This document shows, piece after piece, positions 1 through 10,154 of a stretch of DNA of 64,000 nucleotides. Location of the stretch: positions 145,032 through 209,031 of the forward strand of contig CAVYSY010000011.1 of assembly GCA_963771175.1 (NCBI GenBank), given 5' to 3'. The position numbers and the translations under genes are program-made. The stretch is from an uncultured delta proteobacterium (lineage in GTDB: Bacteria > Myxococcota > Myxococcia > Myxococcales > Myxococcaceae). A model generated the notes under the pieces. The model saw nothing but the letters and a program-made list of their open reading frames with translations, was not told where the DNA came from and made no database searches. The number at the start of each line of letters is the position of its first letter. Positions within the stretch are counted from its first letter, which is position 1.

Positions 1-953
1 AGCTTTTCCCTGAACTTCTCCTGCTTCACCTTGGCCTTCTCCAGCTGCACCACCACGCGCTGGAGTGAACCCGCCTTCTTCTTGCACCCGGCGGCGACGG
101 CTTTGAGCAAGGTCGGGCGGCCCTTCACCTGGATGGGGCCCTTCGCCAACTCGGGCACCTCGGTGAGCAGCTTCTCCGCCTCTTCTCCGCAGCGGACGAA
201 GCGCTCGCGCGCGTCCGTGTACAGCGAGAGCCGTGCCTCCAGGTCACGCTCCCGCTTCGCCTTCTTCTCCAGCTCGGGTGCCTCCTGGCTCGCGCCGAGT
301 GGCCCCGAGACGAACTCGATCACCCGCTGCGCCAGCCGGAGCCGTGTCTCCGCCTGGTTCAGGCGACGCTCGGTGCTTCGCGCGGAGGCCTCATAGTCCT
401 CGCTCTTGGCCTCGAGCTCCTTGCCCGTCTTCAGCCGCTCCCGGGTGCGTTTGATGGCCTCTTGCACCGCCTCCACCTGCGCACGGCCCGCGTCCTTCTC
501 GTCGAGTCCGTCGAGCGCCGTGGAGACCTCTGACATCGCCTGTACGACGTCGTCCCGCTGCTTCTCCACGGCGGTCTCGAGCGTCTTCCGCTCGGCCTCC
601 TCCCGGGACGTGCGCTCCCGCCGTGCGCGCTCCTCGCGAACCTTGGGAACGAGCGCCTGGAGCTCCGCGAGCTGCGAGCGGCACATCTCGGCCTCGGGAG
701 AGAGGTCGACATCCGGGTGGGCGAGGACCTCCTTCGCCTTCGCGAGGATGGGCTCGGCGCGTTCCGGGTTCTGGTTGCGCAGTTCCTGCTCGGCCTCGTT
801 GAGCAGCAGGGTGGCTTCGTCGGTCCGACTGTCTCCGTAGGCCTGGCGCTGCTGCTTGGTTCGGGGGCCGCAGGCGGTCACCACCACCGCGAGCAGGAGA
901 ACGGTCACCCAGGTTCGAGAGGTCGTACGTGCTGGAGTCATGTGGGTCGCCAT
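1..953 (-). CDS. Putative lipoprotein with long coiled-coil/helical region (3' end runs off window)
   Basis: Not in the ORF track. Manual translation from ATG at 953: MATHMTPARTTSRTWVTVLLLAVVVTACGPRTKQQRQAYGD..., a hydrophobic stretch ending in a lipobox-like VTAC, followed by an E/K/R/A-rich helical sequence that stays open to position 1. Confidence 0.7.
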   Translation of the reverse strand, partial: MATHMTPARTTSRTWVTVLLLAVVVTACGPRTKQQRQAYGDSRTDEATLLLNEAEQELRNQNPERAEPILAKAKEVLAHPDVDLSPEAEMCRSQLAELQALVPKVREERARRERTSREEAERKTLETAVEKQRDDVVQAMSEVSTALDGLDEKDAGRAQVEAVQEAIKRTRERLKTGKELEAKSEDYEASARSTERRLNQAETRLRLAQRVIEFVSGPLGASQEAPELEKKAKRERDLEARLSLYTDARERFVRCGEEAEKLLTEVPELAKGPIQVKGRPTLLKAVAAGCKKKAGSLQRVVVQLEKAKVKQEKFREK

Positions 954-1055
954 CCACCCCAAGTCGGGGCAGGGGAGAGCATGGTCCGAATGGACCACCG
1001 GAGGGAAGCCCGCCCTCGACCGCGAGTCCATGTCCGACCGCTTGAAGGCCCTGCT

Positions 1056-1424
1056 TCAGACGAGCGACTCGCCCACGATGCGCAGGAAGTCGTCGATGTC
1101 CAGCGGCTTGTGGACCAGTCGCACGCCCTCGGGAGGCCGGACCCGTGGATGAGCGGTGATCATCACCGCGCCCATGCCGCGCAGCCGCTCCTCGCGCGCC
1201 GCCTGCTCCAACATCCACCCGCCGCTCTGGCCGGGCAGCATGTAATCGGTGATGACGAGGTGGAAGGACTCCGATCTCAATCGGTTCAGTCCCTCTTCCG
1301 CCGAACCGCTGCCGGCGACCGAATAGCCCTCGCTTTCCAGCAGGTCGGTCAGCCCTTCGCGGATGTCCTCGTTGTCCTCTACCAGGAGAATCTTCACGTT
1401 GTGTCCGGACGATACGGAGTCCAT
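1056..1424 (-). CDS. Single-domain response regulator (receiver)
   Basis: C-terminal end of track ORF 1056..3113: KILLVEDNEDIR...LVITDYMLPG...MITAH...KPLD. Start is ATG 1424 or GTG 1397. Confidence 0.85.
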   Translation of the reverse strand: MDSVSSGHNVKILLVEDNEDIREGLTDLLESEGYSVAGSGSAEEGLNRLRSESFHLVITDYMLPGQSGGWMLEQAAREERLRGMGAVMITAHPRVRPPEGVRLVHKPLDIDDFLRIVGESLV

Positions 1425-1544
1425 CTCTCGGAGAACGGGAGTCTCCCGCGTCCGGCCACGTCCAGGAAGCCCTCTCGATGCCGGGGTCGCCGGGAGCTGT
1501 TGACTACCGTATTCCCGGACCCGGGGGCGTGACAGGATGGAGGC

Positions 1545-3284
1545 GTGTCGCTCGCCTGGCTCGCCCTGATCGCCGCGCCGCTGCTGGTCGCGACCCCCAC
1601 CGCGCCCGCCGAGGGCTACGAGGATGCGCTCGTGCAGTGGGGGCTGGCTCAGCACGGCCACCCGCTCGAGCCCGCCCCCGAGGGCAAGCGTCTGGAAGAG
1701 GTGCTGGTGGCCTCCGAGGACGTCGTCGCCCAGAGCGACCCGTACCCGTCGCTGCTCAACATCTTCCACGCGCGCACCCGGGATGTGGTCGTCCGGCGCG
1801 AGGTGCTCCTGGAGCCGGGCAGGCCCTACGTGCCCGCGCTCGCGGAGGAGACGGCGCGCAACCTGCGCAAGCTGGGCATCTTCGCGGTGGTGCGCGTGCT
1901 GCCAGTGCGGGGCTCCACGCCGGACACGGTGTCGCTGCTGGTCATCACCAAGGACCTGTGGTCGCTGCGGCTCAACCAGGACGTCCAGTTGGTGGGGCCC
2001 CTGGTGCAGGCCCTGCGCCTGCAGGCCACCGAGCAGAACTTCCTCGGGCTCAACAAGAAGGTGGCGTTGGATTTCCTGCTGCGCCGGGACTCGCTGAGCC
2101 TCGGGCAGACGTACGTGGATTCCCGCCTGGGTGGTAGCCGCTGGTCCCTCAACGAGAACGCCAACCTCATCCTCGGGCACGAGAACGGTGGGCTCGAGGG
2201 CACCCGGGGCAGTGTGCTGCTGTCGCGGCCCTTCTTCTCGCTCGATACGCCTTGGAGCGTCCAGGCGCAGGCGGTGTGGCGCGTGCAGCCCGTCCGCATC
2301 TTCCGTGGCGCCGAGGTGTGGGCGCTGCCGTACCCCGGTGGCGGGACGGTGCCTTATGTCTACGACGCTCGCGAGCTCAGCGGCAGCACGCTGTACCTGC
2401 GCTCCTGGGGCGCGCGGTACAAGCTGGACGCCGGAGGGGGGCTCGGCGCGTACCACCGGCGTTATGGGGCTCCGGCGGACTCCGCGCTGGACGAGGCCCA
2501 GCGCGCCTGGCTGCGTGACACCCTCCTGCCTCGCAGCGAGGACGCCACGTATGTCCTCGGCTATGCGCGCGTCTGGGAGACCCGCTACGAGGTGATGCGC
2601 GACGTGGACTCGTACGCCCTCTCCGAGGACTACCAGGTGGGGCACTACGTCACCGCCACGGCGCGCTACGCGCCCGCGTTGCTGGCCTCCGCGGGGAACT
2701 TCGCCGAGGTGGGCCTCACCGGCCGCTACCGCATCCGCCTGGGCGATGCCCTCTCCTCGGTGGCCGCCGCCGCCTCCGTGCGCCGGGTGCTCGGTGGGGA
2801 AGGGCAGGGGCGGTGGGTCAACCGCCGCTGGGCCGCCGAGGTGCAGCAGGTGTCTCCGAAGGTGCTCGGCGGGCGCTTCGTGGTCCGCGGCCTGCTGGAC
2901 GTGAACATCGACGACCTGAACGAGCGCGTGCTGCTGCTCGGTGGCGGCAATGGCCTGCGAGGCGCTCGGCCCGAGGCGTACTCGGGGAAGCGAGTGGCCC
3001 TGGTCAACGTGGAGTACCGCACCGCGCCCCTCGTCATCCACACGGTGCACCTGGGCGGCGTGCTGTTCTACGACACGGGCTCGGCGTTCGATGAGCGCCC
3101 GAGCGTCGTCCACTCGGTGGGCCTGGGCCTGCGGCTGCTCTTCCCACAGTTCAACACCTACCCGTTCCGGCTCGACTTCGGGTACGTCATCAATGATGAC
3201 CGGCCCGCGTTCTCCGGACGCTTCTCCTTCAGCGGCGGGCAGGTGACGGAGTTCCGGCCCGCGTTCCTCGATGCTCCGCTCTAG
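1545..3284 (+). CDS. Omp85/BamA-TamA family outer-membrane beta-barrel protein with POTRA-like N-terminus
   Basis: Signal peptide; POTRA-like TRDVVVRREVLLEPG...EETARNLRKLGIF; EQNFLGLNK; barrel motifs GGGNGLRG, NVEYR, FYDTGSAF, SVGLGLR, FRLDFG. Confidence 0.8.
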   Translation: MSLAWLALIAAPLLVATPTAPAEGYEDALVQWGLAQHGHPLEPAPEGKRLEEVLVASEDVVAQSDPYPSLLNIFHARTRDVVVRREVLLEPGRPYVPALAEETARNLRKLGIFAVVRVLPVRGSTPDTVSLLVITKDLWSLRLNQDVQLVGPLVQALRLQATEQNFLGLNKKVALDFLLRRDSLSLGQTYVDSRLGGSRWSLNENANLILGHENGGLEGTRGSVLLSRPFFSLDTPWSVQAQAVWRVQPVRIFRGAEVWALPYPGGGTVPYVYDARELSGSTLYLRSWGARYKLDAGGGLGAYHRRYGAPADSALDEAQRAWLRDTLLPRSEDATYVLGYARVWETRYEVMRDVDSYALSEDYQVGHYVTATARYAPALLASAGNFAEVGLTGRYRIRLGDALSSVAAAASVRRVLGGEGQGRWVNRRWAAEVQQVSPKVLGGRFVVRGLLDVNIDDLNERVLLLGGGNGLRGARPEAYSGKRVALVNVEYRTAPLVIHTVHLGGVLFYDTGSAFDERPSVVHSVGLGLRLLFPQFNTYPFRLDFGYVINDDRPAFSGRFSFSGGQVTEFRPAFLDAPL

Positions 3285-4662
3285 ATTCCTTGCAGACCCC
3301 GCGAGGCTCGCCGCGCTGGGGGCGTTCCTCTCGGTGCTGGTGGCGGCGCTCGCGCGGGGCCGCGTCCACCCGGATGAGGTCTTCCAGTTCCTGGAGCCGG
3401 CTCACGGGCTGGCCTTCGGCTACCGCGTGGTCGCCTGGGAGTGGGTGGAGGGCCTGCGCAATTGGGCGGTGCCCGGAGTGCTCGGGGGGCTGCTCGTGCT
3501 GTGCCGGGCCATCGGGCTCGAGCACCCGTGGGCGATGGCCGCGCTCGTGTGGTGCGTCTGCGCCGGAGTGCAGGCCGCGGGGACGCTGCTGCTGTTCCGG
3601 CTCGTGGAGGAGCGGGACGGTCGCGAGGCGGCGCTCCTGGCCGCGGGGGTCCACGCCACCTGGGGCGGGTTCCTCATCTATGCCGCGAGGCCACTCGGAG
3701 ATGTGCTGAGCGTGGTGCCCCTGCTGGGCGCGCTGCTGTGGGCCCAGCGTGCTCGCGACCGGGGCGGGCTCTGGGATGGGCTGTGGAGTGGCGTGCTGCT
3801 GGGGCTGGCGTTCGTCATCCGCTATCCCTCGGCGGTCTTCGGCGTGCCCCTCGCCGTGAGCCTGCTGGGGGCCCGGCGCTGGCGCTCGCTCGCGGGCCTC
3901 GCGGTGGGGACGGGCGCGGTGCTGCTGGGGCTCGGGGTGCTCGACTGGCTCACCTGGGGAACGCCCTGGTTCTCCGGCTGGCGCTACTTCGACTTCAACA
4001 TCGCCAGCGGCTCCTCGGCGTCTCAGTTCGGCCGGCAGCCGTGGTGGTGGTACGCGCCCATCTTCGCCGGCATGGCGCCCCTGCTGCTCGTCTGGCACTT
4101 CCTGCGAGGGCTGGCCCGGAGAGACCTGCTCGTGGGGGCCTTCGTCTTCTACCTCGGGGTGGTGAGCGCGCTCGGGCACAAGGAGGCGCGCTTCCTGGTG
4201 CCACTGCTGCCCCTCTTCGTCGCCCTCGCGGCCGGCCCCGCCGCGTACGACCTCTCCCGTCTGTCCGGCAGGAGCGGGGTGCCGAGACTCCTGGTGGGCC
4301 TGTACGTGCTCTCCTCCGTGGCGGCGGCCACCGTGCTGTTTCCGCTCGGGCTGCGCCAGGGCGTGATCGATGCCACCGTCTCCGCGGGCAGGGACGCTTC
4401 ACTCACCGGGTTCATCATCGCCGGCCCGCCCGAGTGGAACACCGGCGGTCGCTTCTACCTGCACCGGGACGTGCCGCTGTTCGTGAGCGCCGGACGCCCC
4501 GAGGAGGAATTGCGCGAGCGGCTCGCGGATGCGCGATTCTCCCATGCGCTCGTGGATGGCAAGGCGGTGGACGAGGACGCTCTGCGCTCGGCCGGGTTCT
4601 GCCTCCAGCGGCGCTGGGGCTCGGTGGCGCTCTGGAAGCGCTGTCCGGCCCCGAGCCCCTAA
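3271..4662 (+). CDS. GT-C fold mannosyltransferase of the Alg9/PIG-B (GT22) type
   Basis: HPDEVFQFLEPAH...FGY...WEW...GLRNW and HKEARFLVPLLP, plus QPWWWY, match the conserved PIG-B/Alg9 blocks; many TM segments; overlaps the upstream gene by 14 nt. Confidence 0.75.
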   Translation: MLRSRFLADPARLAALGAFLSVLVAALARGRVHPDEVFQFLEPAHGLAFGYRVVAWEWVEGLRNWAVPGVLGGLLVLCRAIGLEHPWAMAALVWCVCAGVQAAGTLLLFRLVEERDGREAALLAAGVHATWGGFLIYAARPLGDVLSVVPLLGALLWAQRARDRGGLWDGLWSGVLLGLAFVIRYPSAVFGVPLAVSLLGARRWRSLAGLAVGTGAVLLGLGVLDWLTWGTPWFSGWRYFDFNIASGSSASQFGRQPWWWYAPIFAGMAPLLLVWHFLRGLARRDLLVGAFVFYLGVVSALGHKEARFLVPLLPLFVALAAGPAAYDLSRLSGRSGVPRLLVGLYVLSSVAAATVLFPLGLRQGVIDATVSAGRDASLTGFIIAGPPEWNTGGRFYLHRDVPLFVSAGRPEEELRERLADARFSHALVDGKAVDEDALRSAGFCLQRRWGSVALWKRCPAPSP

Positions 4663-6473
4663 CCGTTGATCTGATACTTCCGGGCGATCTCCGTCACCTC
4701 GCGGGTGACGGCCTGGAGCGTCTCGGTGGCCTGGAGCGTGGTGTCCAGCCGCTTCAGCGTCTCGTCCATTCCGGACGAGATGTGGGCGATGGCGTTGAAG
4801 ATGTGCGAGATGCCCGCGTTCTGCTGGTTCACCGCGGAGGCGATCTGCCGCACGGCCGCGGCGTTCTCCTGGATGATGAGCGACATCTCGCGCAGGTTGT
4901 TGCCCGAGGACTTCACCATCTCCAGGCCTCCCTCGACCTGTTTGGCTCCCTCCTCGCTCATGGAGACCACGTCCCGGATGGCGGTGCCGATGTCCAGCAG
5001 GCTCTTGCGGATGAGGGCGTTCTCCCGGATGGTCTGGTCGGCCAGCTTGCGAATCTCACTGGCGACCACGGCGAAGCCCGCGCCCTGGTCTCCGGCGCGC
5101 GCGGCCTCGATGGAGGCATTGAGCGCCAGCAGGTGGGACTGGTCGGCCAGGTCCTTCACCGTGACGGCGATGCTGGCGATCTTCGTGGCGCTCTCCTGCA
5201 GCCGCAGCACCTTGCCGCGGATGCCGTTCACGAACTCGCGGATGGTGTTCAGCCCGGAGAGGGTCTGTTCGATGGCCTCTTCGCCGTAATGGCCGAGCTT
5301 CTCGGCGTGGCCGGCCACGCTCAGCACGCTCTCGGCCTTGTGGGACGCCAGCTCGGAGGTGGTGCGGATCTCCTCAGAGGTGAGGTGGGCCTCCTGGAGC
5401 ATGGCGGCCTGCTCGGTGAGGCTCTGGCGCTGCTGGTTGCTCGCGGAGCCGAGCGCCGTGCCCGCGGAGAGCAGCAGCCGGGAGGAGGCATGCAGGCGGG
5501 TGGGAATCTCCTGGAGCCGCTCCAGGACCGTGACCATGCCCGCGGCGAGGTCCCCAATCTCGTCGGTGGAGGCCCAGCGGGGAGGGAAGGGGGTGCCGTT
5601 GGCCAGCGCCTCGATGGCCTCCTGGAGCGCCGCCGTGGCCCGCACCTGTCGGCGTGCCAGCATCCAGGCGGAGATCGAGGGGACGAGGAGGATGAAGGCC
5701 CCCAGCGCCAACAAGGGGGGTCCCAGCGTCGAGAGCAGGGTGTCGCTGAAGCCCTGGAGCTTCGCGGTGAGCAGCTCGGCCTGGGCGGGGGTGAGGGTCG
5801 GGTCCGTGAGGATGGCCTTCACCTGCGAGTCGCGCACGTCGAGCGTCTGGATGAAGATGACCAGCCCCGTGAGCAGCAGGGTGCTCGCCAGGGAGGCGCC
5901 GAACGCGTAGGGCAGGTACCAGCGCTGCCTGGGCCAGAAGACTCCGTGGCCGCTGGCGCGCACGCGCAGGCGGTTGCGCTCCTCGAGCACGTAGGGCATC
6001 AGCAACTGCTCGAGCTTGATGCCCACGGGGATGGACAGCACCAGCCCGAAGGTGGCGGCGACGAGGAGACCGAATCCCGCCATCAGGGGGTTCTTGTCGA
6101 ACCAGAGCACCTGGGGGATGGCGAGGAGGACTCCGCCCGCGAGGGAGGTGACCTGGGTTCCCATGAAGGCGAGCTTCCAGGGCAGCATCTGCAGGCGGAT
6201 GAGGCGCTCTCGTGGGGGCTCGTTGGGAACGGCGCGGAAGCCGCGTCGGAGCATCGTGGACAGGCCCATCCAGGGCAGGAGGACGCCCGCCACCACGAAA
6301 GCGGGAGGCACCAGGAGGAGGAGGGGCCCGATGATGTCCTGTGCCGACAACCCGAGCGACAACCCGAGGAGGTAGGCCGCGATGGGCGTGGAGGGGGCGA
6401 TCCACGACATCACGGTGAGGAGGGTCCGTCGGAGGAGCTGAGAGGGGACGGTCTGCGGGGGGGAGCCGTTCAT
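4659..6473 (-). CDS. Methyl-accepting chemotaxis protein with multi-TM sensor region
   Basis: Hairpin-tip motif LADQSHLLALNASIEAARAGDQGAGFAVVASEIRKLA; HAMP-like STDEIGDLA; about 6 hydrophobic segments at the N-terminus; likely start ATG 6473 (MNGSPP). Confidence 0.9.
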   Translation of the reverse strand: MNGSPPQTVPSQLLRRTLLTVMSWIAPSTPIAAYLLGLSLGLSAQDIIGPLLLLVPPAFVVAGVLLPWMGLSTMLRRGFRAVPNEPPRERLIRLQMLPWKLAFMGTQVTSLAGGVLLAIPQVLWFDKNPLMAGFGLLVAATFGLVLSIPVGIKLEQLLMPYVLEERNRLRVRASGHGVFWPRQRWYLPYAFGASLASTLLLTGLVIFIQTLDVRDSQVKAILTDPTLTPAQAELLTAKLQGFSDTLLSTLGPPLLALGAFILLVPSISAWMLARRQVRATAALQEAIEALANGTPFPPRWASTDEIGDLAAGMVTVLERLQEIPTRLHASSRLLLSAGTALGSASNQQRQSLTEQAAMLQEAHLTSEEIRTTSELASHKAESVLSVAGHAEKLGHYGEEAIEQTLSGLNTIREFVNGIRGKVLRLQESATKIASIAVTVKDLADQSHLLALNASIEAARAGDQGAGFAVVASEIRKLADQTIRENALIRKSLLDIGTAIRDVVSMSEEGAKQVEGGLEMVKSSGNNLREMSLIIQENAAAVRQIASAVNQQNAGISHIFNAIAHISSGMDETLKRLDTTLQATETLQAVTREVTEIARKYQING

Positions 6474-6607
6474 GAGGCGTGGCCATTCTCCCAGAGGGAG
6501 GGGTGGCGGGGGGAACCACGGGGGGGGACAAGCGCGGCGCCTGCCTGGGTACTCGTCTGGCGAACAGATGGTAGCGCGGCTCGGCCTCGAAGTGTGGGGC
6601 GCGAGCG

Positions 6608-7372
6608 CTAGGGAGGCACCGTTCCCAGCAGCTCCCGGAAGAGAACCTCCGCCACGTCCCGGAAGAGCTCCCCCGAGGCCAGGAGCCCACCGCAGTGGTG
6701 CGGCTCCCTCGCCAGTGTGAGTGCCACGCACTTTCCGAGTACCTCGTCCCAGAAGGATTCCGAGTCGGGTGGGAGGAGGTACTCCCGGATGATGTTTCGG
6801 GGCCAGGGCAGCACCGTCGTCGGATCCGCGTCGCTCAGGCTGGTGAAACAGTCCAGGTCCACGTCCAGCAGCACCCGCTCGGCCGCCTCCAGCACCTCGC
6901 GCACCGCGTCACCGGGCGCGGGCGAGCGGAAGGCCACCGCCGCCCGGTCCACCGTGGGCACCACCACCAGCCGGTGCGAGCGTCCCCGCGTGTCCACGTA
7001 CACGTCCCCCGCGAACGTGCCCCGGGGCCGCCCCCGGGCGAGCACCAGCGCATCTCCCACGAGCCCCGCCTCCATCGCCGCCAGCACGTGGTCGTAGTTG
7101 CGCACGTCCAGCGCCCACCGCGCGTGCTCGTCCAGGGCCCTCAGCCCCGCCGAGCGGTCCGGCACCGCCTCGGGCGCCGCCGGCACCACCAGGTCCAGGT
7201 GCCGGTCCAGCGTCACCAGCAGCGCCGCCGGCCCGTCCTCCAGCGCGCAGGCCCATGCGGGCAGCGCCAGCCGGTGCGGGTCGAACACGTACGCGTCCGT
7301 GGGGCCCCGACCGCCGCCGAGCGACAGCCGGATGACGCCCGCGAGGCGGAGATGTCTCTGCGAATCATCCAT
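6608..7372 (-). CDS. UPF0489-like protein (arginase/deacetylase-like metal-binding motifs)
   Basis: FDPHRLALPAW, LVTLDRHLD, LLDVDLDCF and LAREPHHCGG motifs; start ATG 7372. Confidence 0.6.
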   Translation of the reverse strand: MDDSQRHLRLAGVIRLSLGGGRGPTDAYVFDPHRLALPAWACALEDGPAALLVTLDRHLDLVVPAAPEAVPDRSAGLRALDEHARWALDVRNYDHVLAAMEAGLVGDALVLARGRPRGTFAGDVYVDTRGRSHRLVVVPTVDRAAVAFRSPAPGDAVREVLEAAERVLLDVDLDCFTSLSDADPTTVLPWPRNIIREYLLPPDSESFWDEVLGKCVALTLAREPHHCGGLLASGELFRDVAEVLFRELLGTVPP

Positions 7373-7491
7373 CACCGGGAATATCCGTTCCCGCGCCGCA
7401 CTTTGCGGGCCGCGCGCCGTCAGGAGTGTAGGCTGCGCGCGGCTCCTACCCAAGAAGGAGGCATCGCCCGTTTCACGGGCGCCCGTCCCGC

Positions 7492-9713
7492 ATGCGCATC
7501 CTGCTCGCCGCGCTCCTCGTCCTCGTGAGCGCCTCCGTCCTCGCCCAGCCGCAGCAGACCCCAGCCAAGACCATGAACGCCTCGCAAGACGCCTTCCTGC
7601 GGGACTACGCGGAGACGCGCCGCTTCATGAGCGGACGTCCCGTCAGCCCCCGCACTCACCCCCGACGAGAAGACCGTCCTCTTCCTGCGCGGCCAGCCCC
7701 GCGCCCCCATCCAGACCCTCTTCGCCTTCGACGTGGCCACTGGTGAGACGAAGGAGGTCCTCACCCCCGAGGCCATCCTCAAGGGCACCGAGGAGACGCT
7801 CTCTCCCGAGGAGAAGGCCCGCCGCGAGCGCATGCGCGTGAGCGCCCGGGGCTTCACCAGCTACCAACTCTCCGAGGACGGCTCGCGCATCCTCGTGCCG
7901 CTCTCCGGCAAGCTCTACATCGTCGAGCGCGCCACCGGGAAGTCCACCGAGCTGAAGACGGGCGCGGGCGTCATCGACCCGCGCTTCTCCCCCGACGGCC
8001 AGCAGGTGGCCTACGTCCGGGACAACGACGTGTTCCGCATCGAGCTGGCCTCCAACAAGGAGCGCCGTGTCACCAGCGGCGGCTACGGAGGCGAAGACCC
8101 ACGGCCTGGCCGAGTTCGTCGCGCAGGAGGAGATGAGCCGCTTCTCCGGCTGGTGGTGGAGCCCGGACGCGAAGTCCATCGCCTACACCGAGTCGGACAC
8201 CTCGGGGGTGGAGAAGCTCTCCATCATCGACGTGATGCACCCCGAGCGCGGCGCCGAGGACTCCTCCTACCCGCGTCCGGGCAAGGCCAACGCGAAGGTG
8301 CGCCTGGGCATCACTCCCGTCACCGGCGGGAAGACGGTCTGGGCGCAGTGGGACGCGGAGCAGTACCCGTACCTCGCCACCGTGGTGTGGCCGAAGAAGG
8401 GCCCCCTCACCGTGCTGGTGCAGAACCGCACGCAGACGGAGGAGAAGCTGCTCGCGGTGGACGTGGCCACCGGCAAGACGCGCGAGCTGCTCACCGAGAA
8501 GGATGACGCCTGGCTGGAGCTGGAGCAGACCTTCCCCCTGTGGCTGGAGGATGGCGGCGGCTTCCTCTGGTACACCGAGCGCAATGGCGGCCCCGAGGTG
8601 GAGCTGCGCAACGCGGACGGCAGCCTCGCGCGCTCGCTGGTGAAGCCGGACGCGGGCTTCCGCAACCTCGCCCGCTACGTGGAGAAGGACCACACCGTCT
8701 ACTTCGTGGGCGGCCCCATCCCCTCCGAGAGCTACCTGTGGCGCGTGAAGGACGGCGGGGCCCCGGAGCTGGTGCGCCCTGGCACCACCGGCCCGGCCGA
8801 GGAGGCGGGCACCGTCTCCAAGTCCGGCGGGCTGTTCGTCATCACCCACTCGAGCCCCACCTCCATGCCGCGCACCTACGTGGTGCGCGCGGACGGCACC
8901 CGCGTGGGCGAGCTGCCCTCGGTGGCGGTGGAGCCCTCCTTCACCCCCGTGGTGGAGTTCCGCGAGGTGGGCCCGCTGAAGTTCCAGTCCTCGCTGGTGC
9001 GCCCGCGCAACGCGAAGCCCGGCCAGAAGCTGCCCCTCGTCGTCGAGGTGTACGCCGGCCCCACCGTCACCGTCGTCCACAAGAGCATGGCCCCCCACCT
9101 CCTCTCGCAGTGGATGGCGGACCAGGGCTTCCTCATCGTCCGCTTCGACGGCCGAGGCACCCCGCTGCGCGGCTCGAAGTGGCAGCGCGAGGTGCACCTG
9201 GACTTCTCCGGCGTGACGATTGAAGACCAGGCCGCCGCCGTCCAGGCGCTCGCCGCCGTGGTGCCCGAGGTGGACCTGCAGCGCGTGGGCATCGAGGGCT
9301 GGAGCTTCGGTGGCTACGCCTCCGCGCTCGCCGTCCTCAAGCGCCCGGACGTCTTCAAGGCCGCCGTGGCCGGCGCCCCGGTGGTGGACTGGCTCGACTA
9401 CGACACCCACTACACCGAGCGCTACCTCGGCCTGCCCCAGCAGCACCCCGAGGCCTACGAGAAGAGCTCGCTGCTCACCTACGCCCAGGACACCGGCAAG
9501 CCGCTGCCTCCGCTGCTCCTCATCCACGGCACCGCGGACGACAACGTCTACTTCTTCCACACGCTCAAGCTGTCCGACGCGCTCTTCCGCGCCGGCAAGC
9601 ACCATGAGTTGCTGCCCCTCAGCGGCCTCACCCACATGGTGCCGGATCCGCTCGTCACCCAGCGCCAGTACGAGTGGGTGATGAACCACTTCAAGCGCAA
9701 CCTGGCGAAGTAG
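7492..9713 (+). CDS. S9B dipeptidyl-peptidase IV-like serine peptidase (two apparent frameshifts near 7650 and 8085)
   Basis: Signal peptide; beta-propeller repeats (FSPDG, WWSPDAK); catalytic GWSFGG, DDNV and His in LTHM. Reconstructed from ORFs 7492, 7733 and 8067. Confidence 0.9.
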
Positions 9714-9733
9714 CGGCAGGCGCCCGCAAAGAG

Positions 9734-9770
9734 AAAGGCCCGGCTCCCTCTGGGGAGACCGGGCCTTTTT
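9734..9770. terminator. Bidirectional intrinsic terminator
   Basis: AAAGGCCCGG-CTCCC-tct-GGGGAG-ACCGGGCCTTTTT between the convergent peptidase and cold-shock genes. Confidence 0.75.
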
Positions 9771-9805
9771 CCGAGGCCACTATCCGTGAGGAGTGGCTCG
9801 GGACT

Positions 9806-10009
9806 TCAGGCGGCGCGAACGTTCTGCGCCTGCAGGCCCTTGGGGCCGCGGGCGACCTCGAACTCCACCTTCTGTCCCTCGGCGAGGGTCCGGAACCCAT
9901 CCATGTTGATGGCGGTGTGGTGGCAGAACACGTCCTCGCCACCGCCGTCCTGCACGATGAATCCAAAGCCCTTCGCGTCGTTGAACCACTTCACGGTACC
10001 AGTCGCCAT
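9806..10009 (-). CDS. Cold-shock protein (CspA family)
   Basis: [18 protein letters not shown]...DVFCHHTAI...[10 protein letters not shown] with RNP1/RNP2 motifs; 67 aa. Confidence 0.97.
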   Translation of the reverse strand: MATGTVKWFNDAKGFGFIVQDGGGEDVFCHHTAINMDGFRTLAEGQKVEFEVARGPKGLQAQNVRAA

Positions 10010-10154
10010 TGTGCTTCCTCGTCAAAAGCTGGCTTGTGGCCAGCTGATCTCCCGTCCCCCGACTGCCGGGTGACACGAGGAAGGGTAAGCGGGCAGCCGA
10101 GCGCCTGTCTAGCCGGCTGCCCTGTTTTTCCTGGGTGGTCCGTTTAACCGGTTT

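Noticed and set aside
3441..6611. 1056-aa plus-strand ORF, and similar long ORFs such as 10953..14063, 1056..3113 (N-terminal part), 16821..18830, 19305..21215, 22315..24240, 24735..26714, 38303..39886 and 39805..41457
   Set aside because: Shadow or antisense frames of real genes, expected in high-GC DNA where stop codons are rare; no recognisable motifs.
10091..10129. Hairpin GGGCAGCCG...CGGCTGCCC-TGTTTTT as a terminator or ncRNA
   Set aside because: The U-tract is on the strand opposite to the flanking genes and the loop is long; its function cannot be supported.
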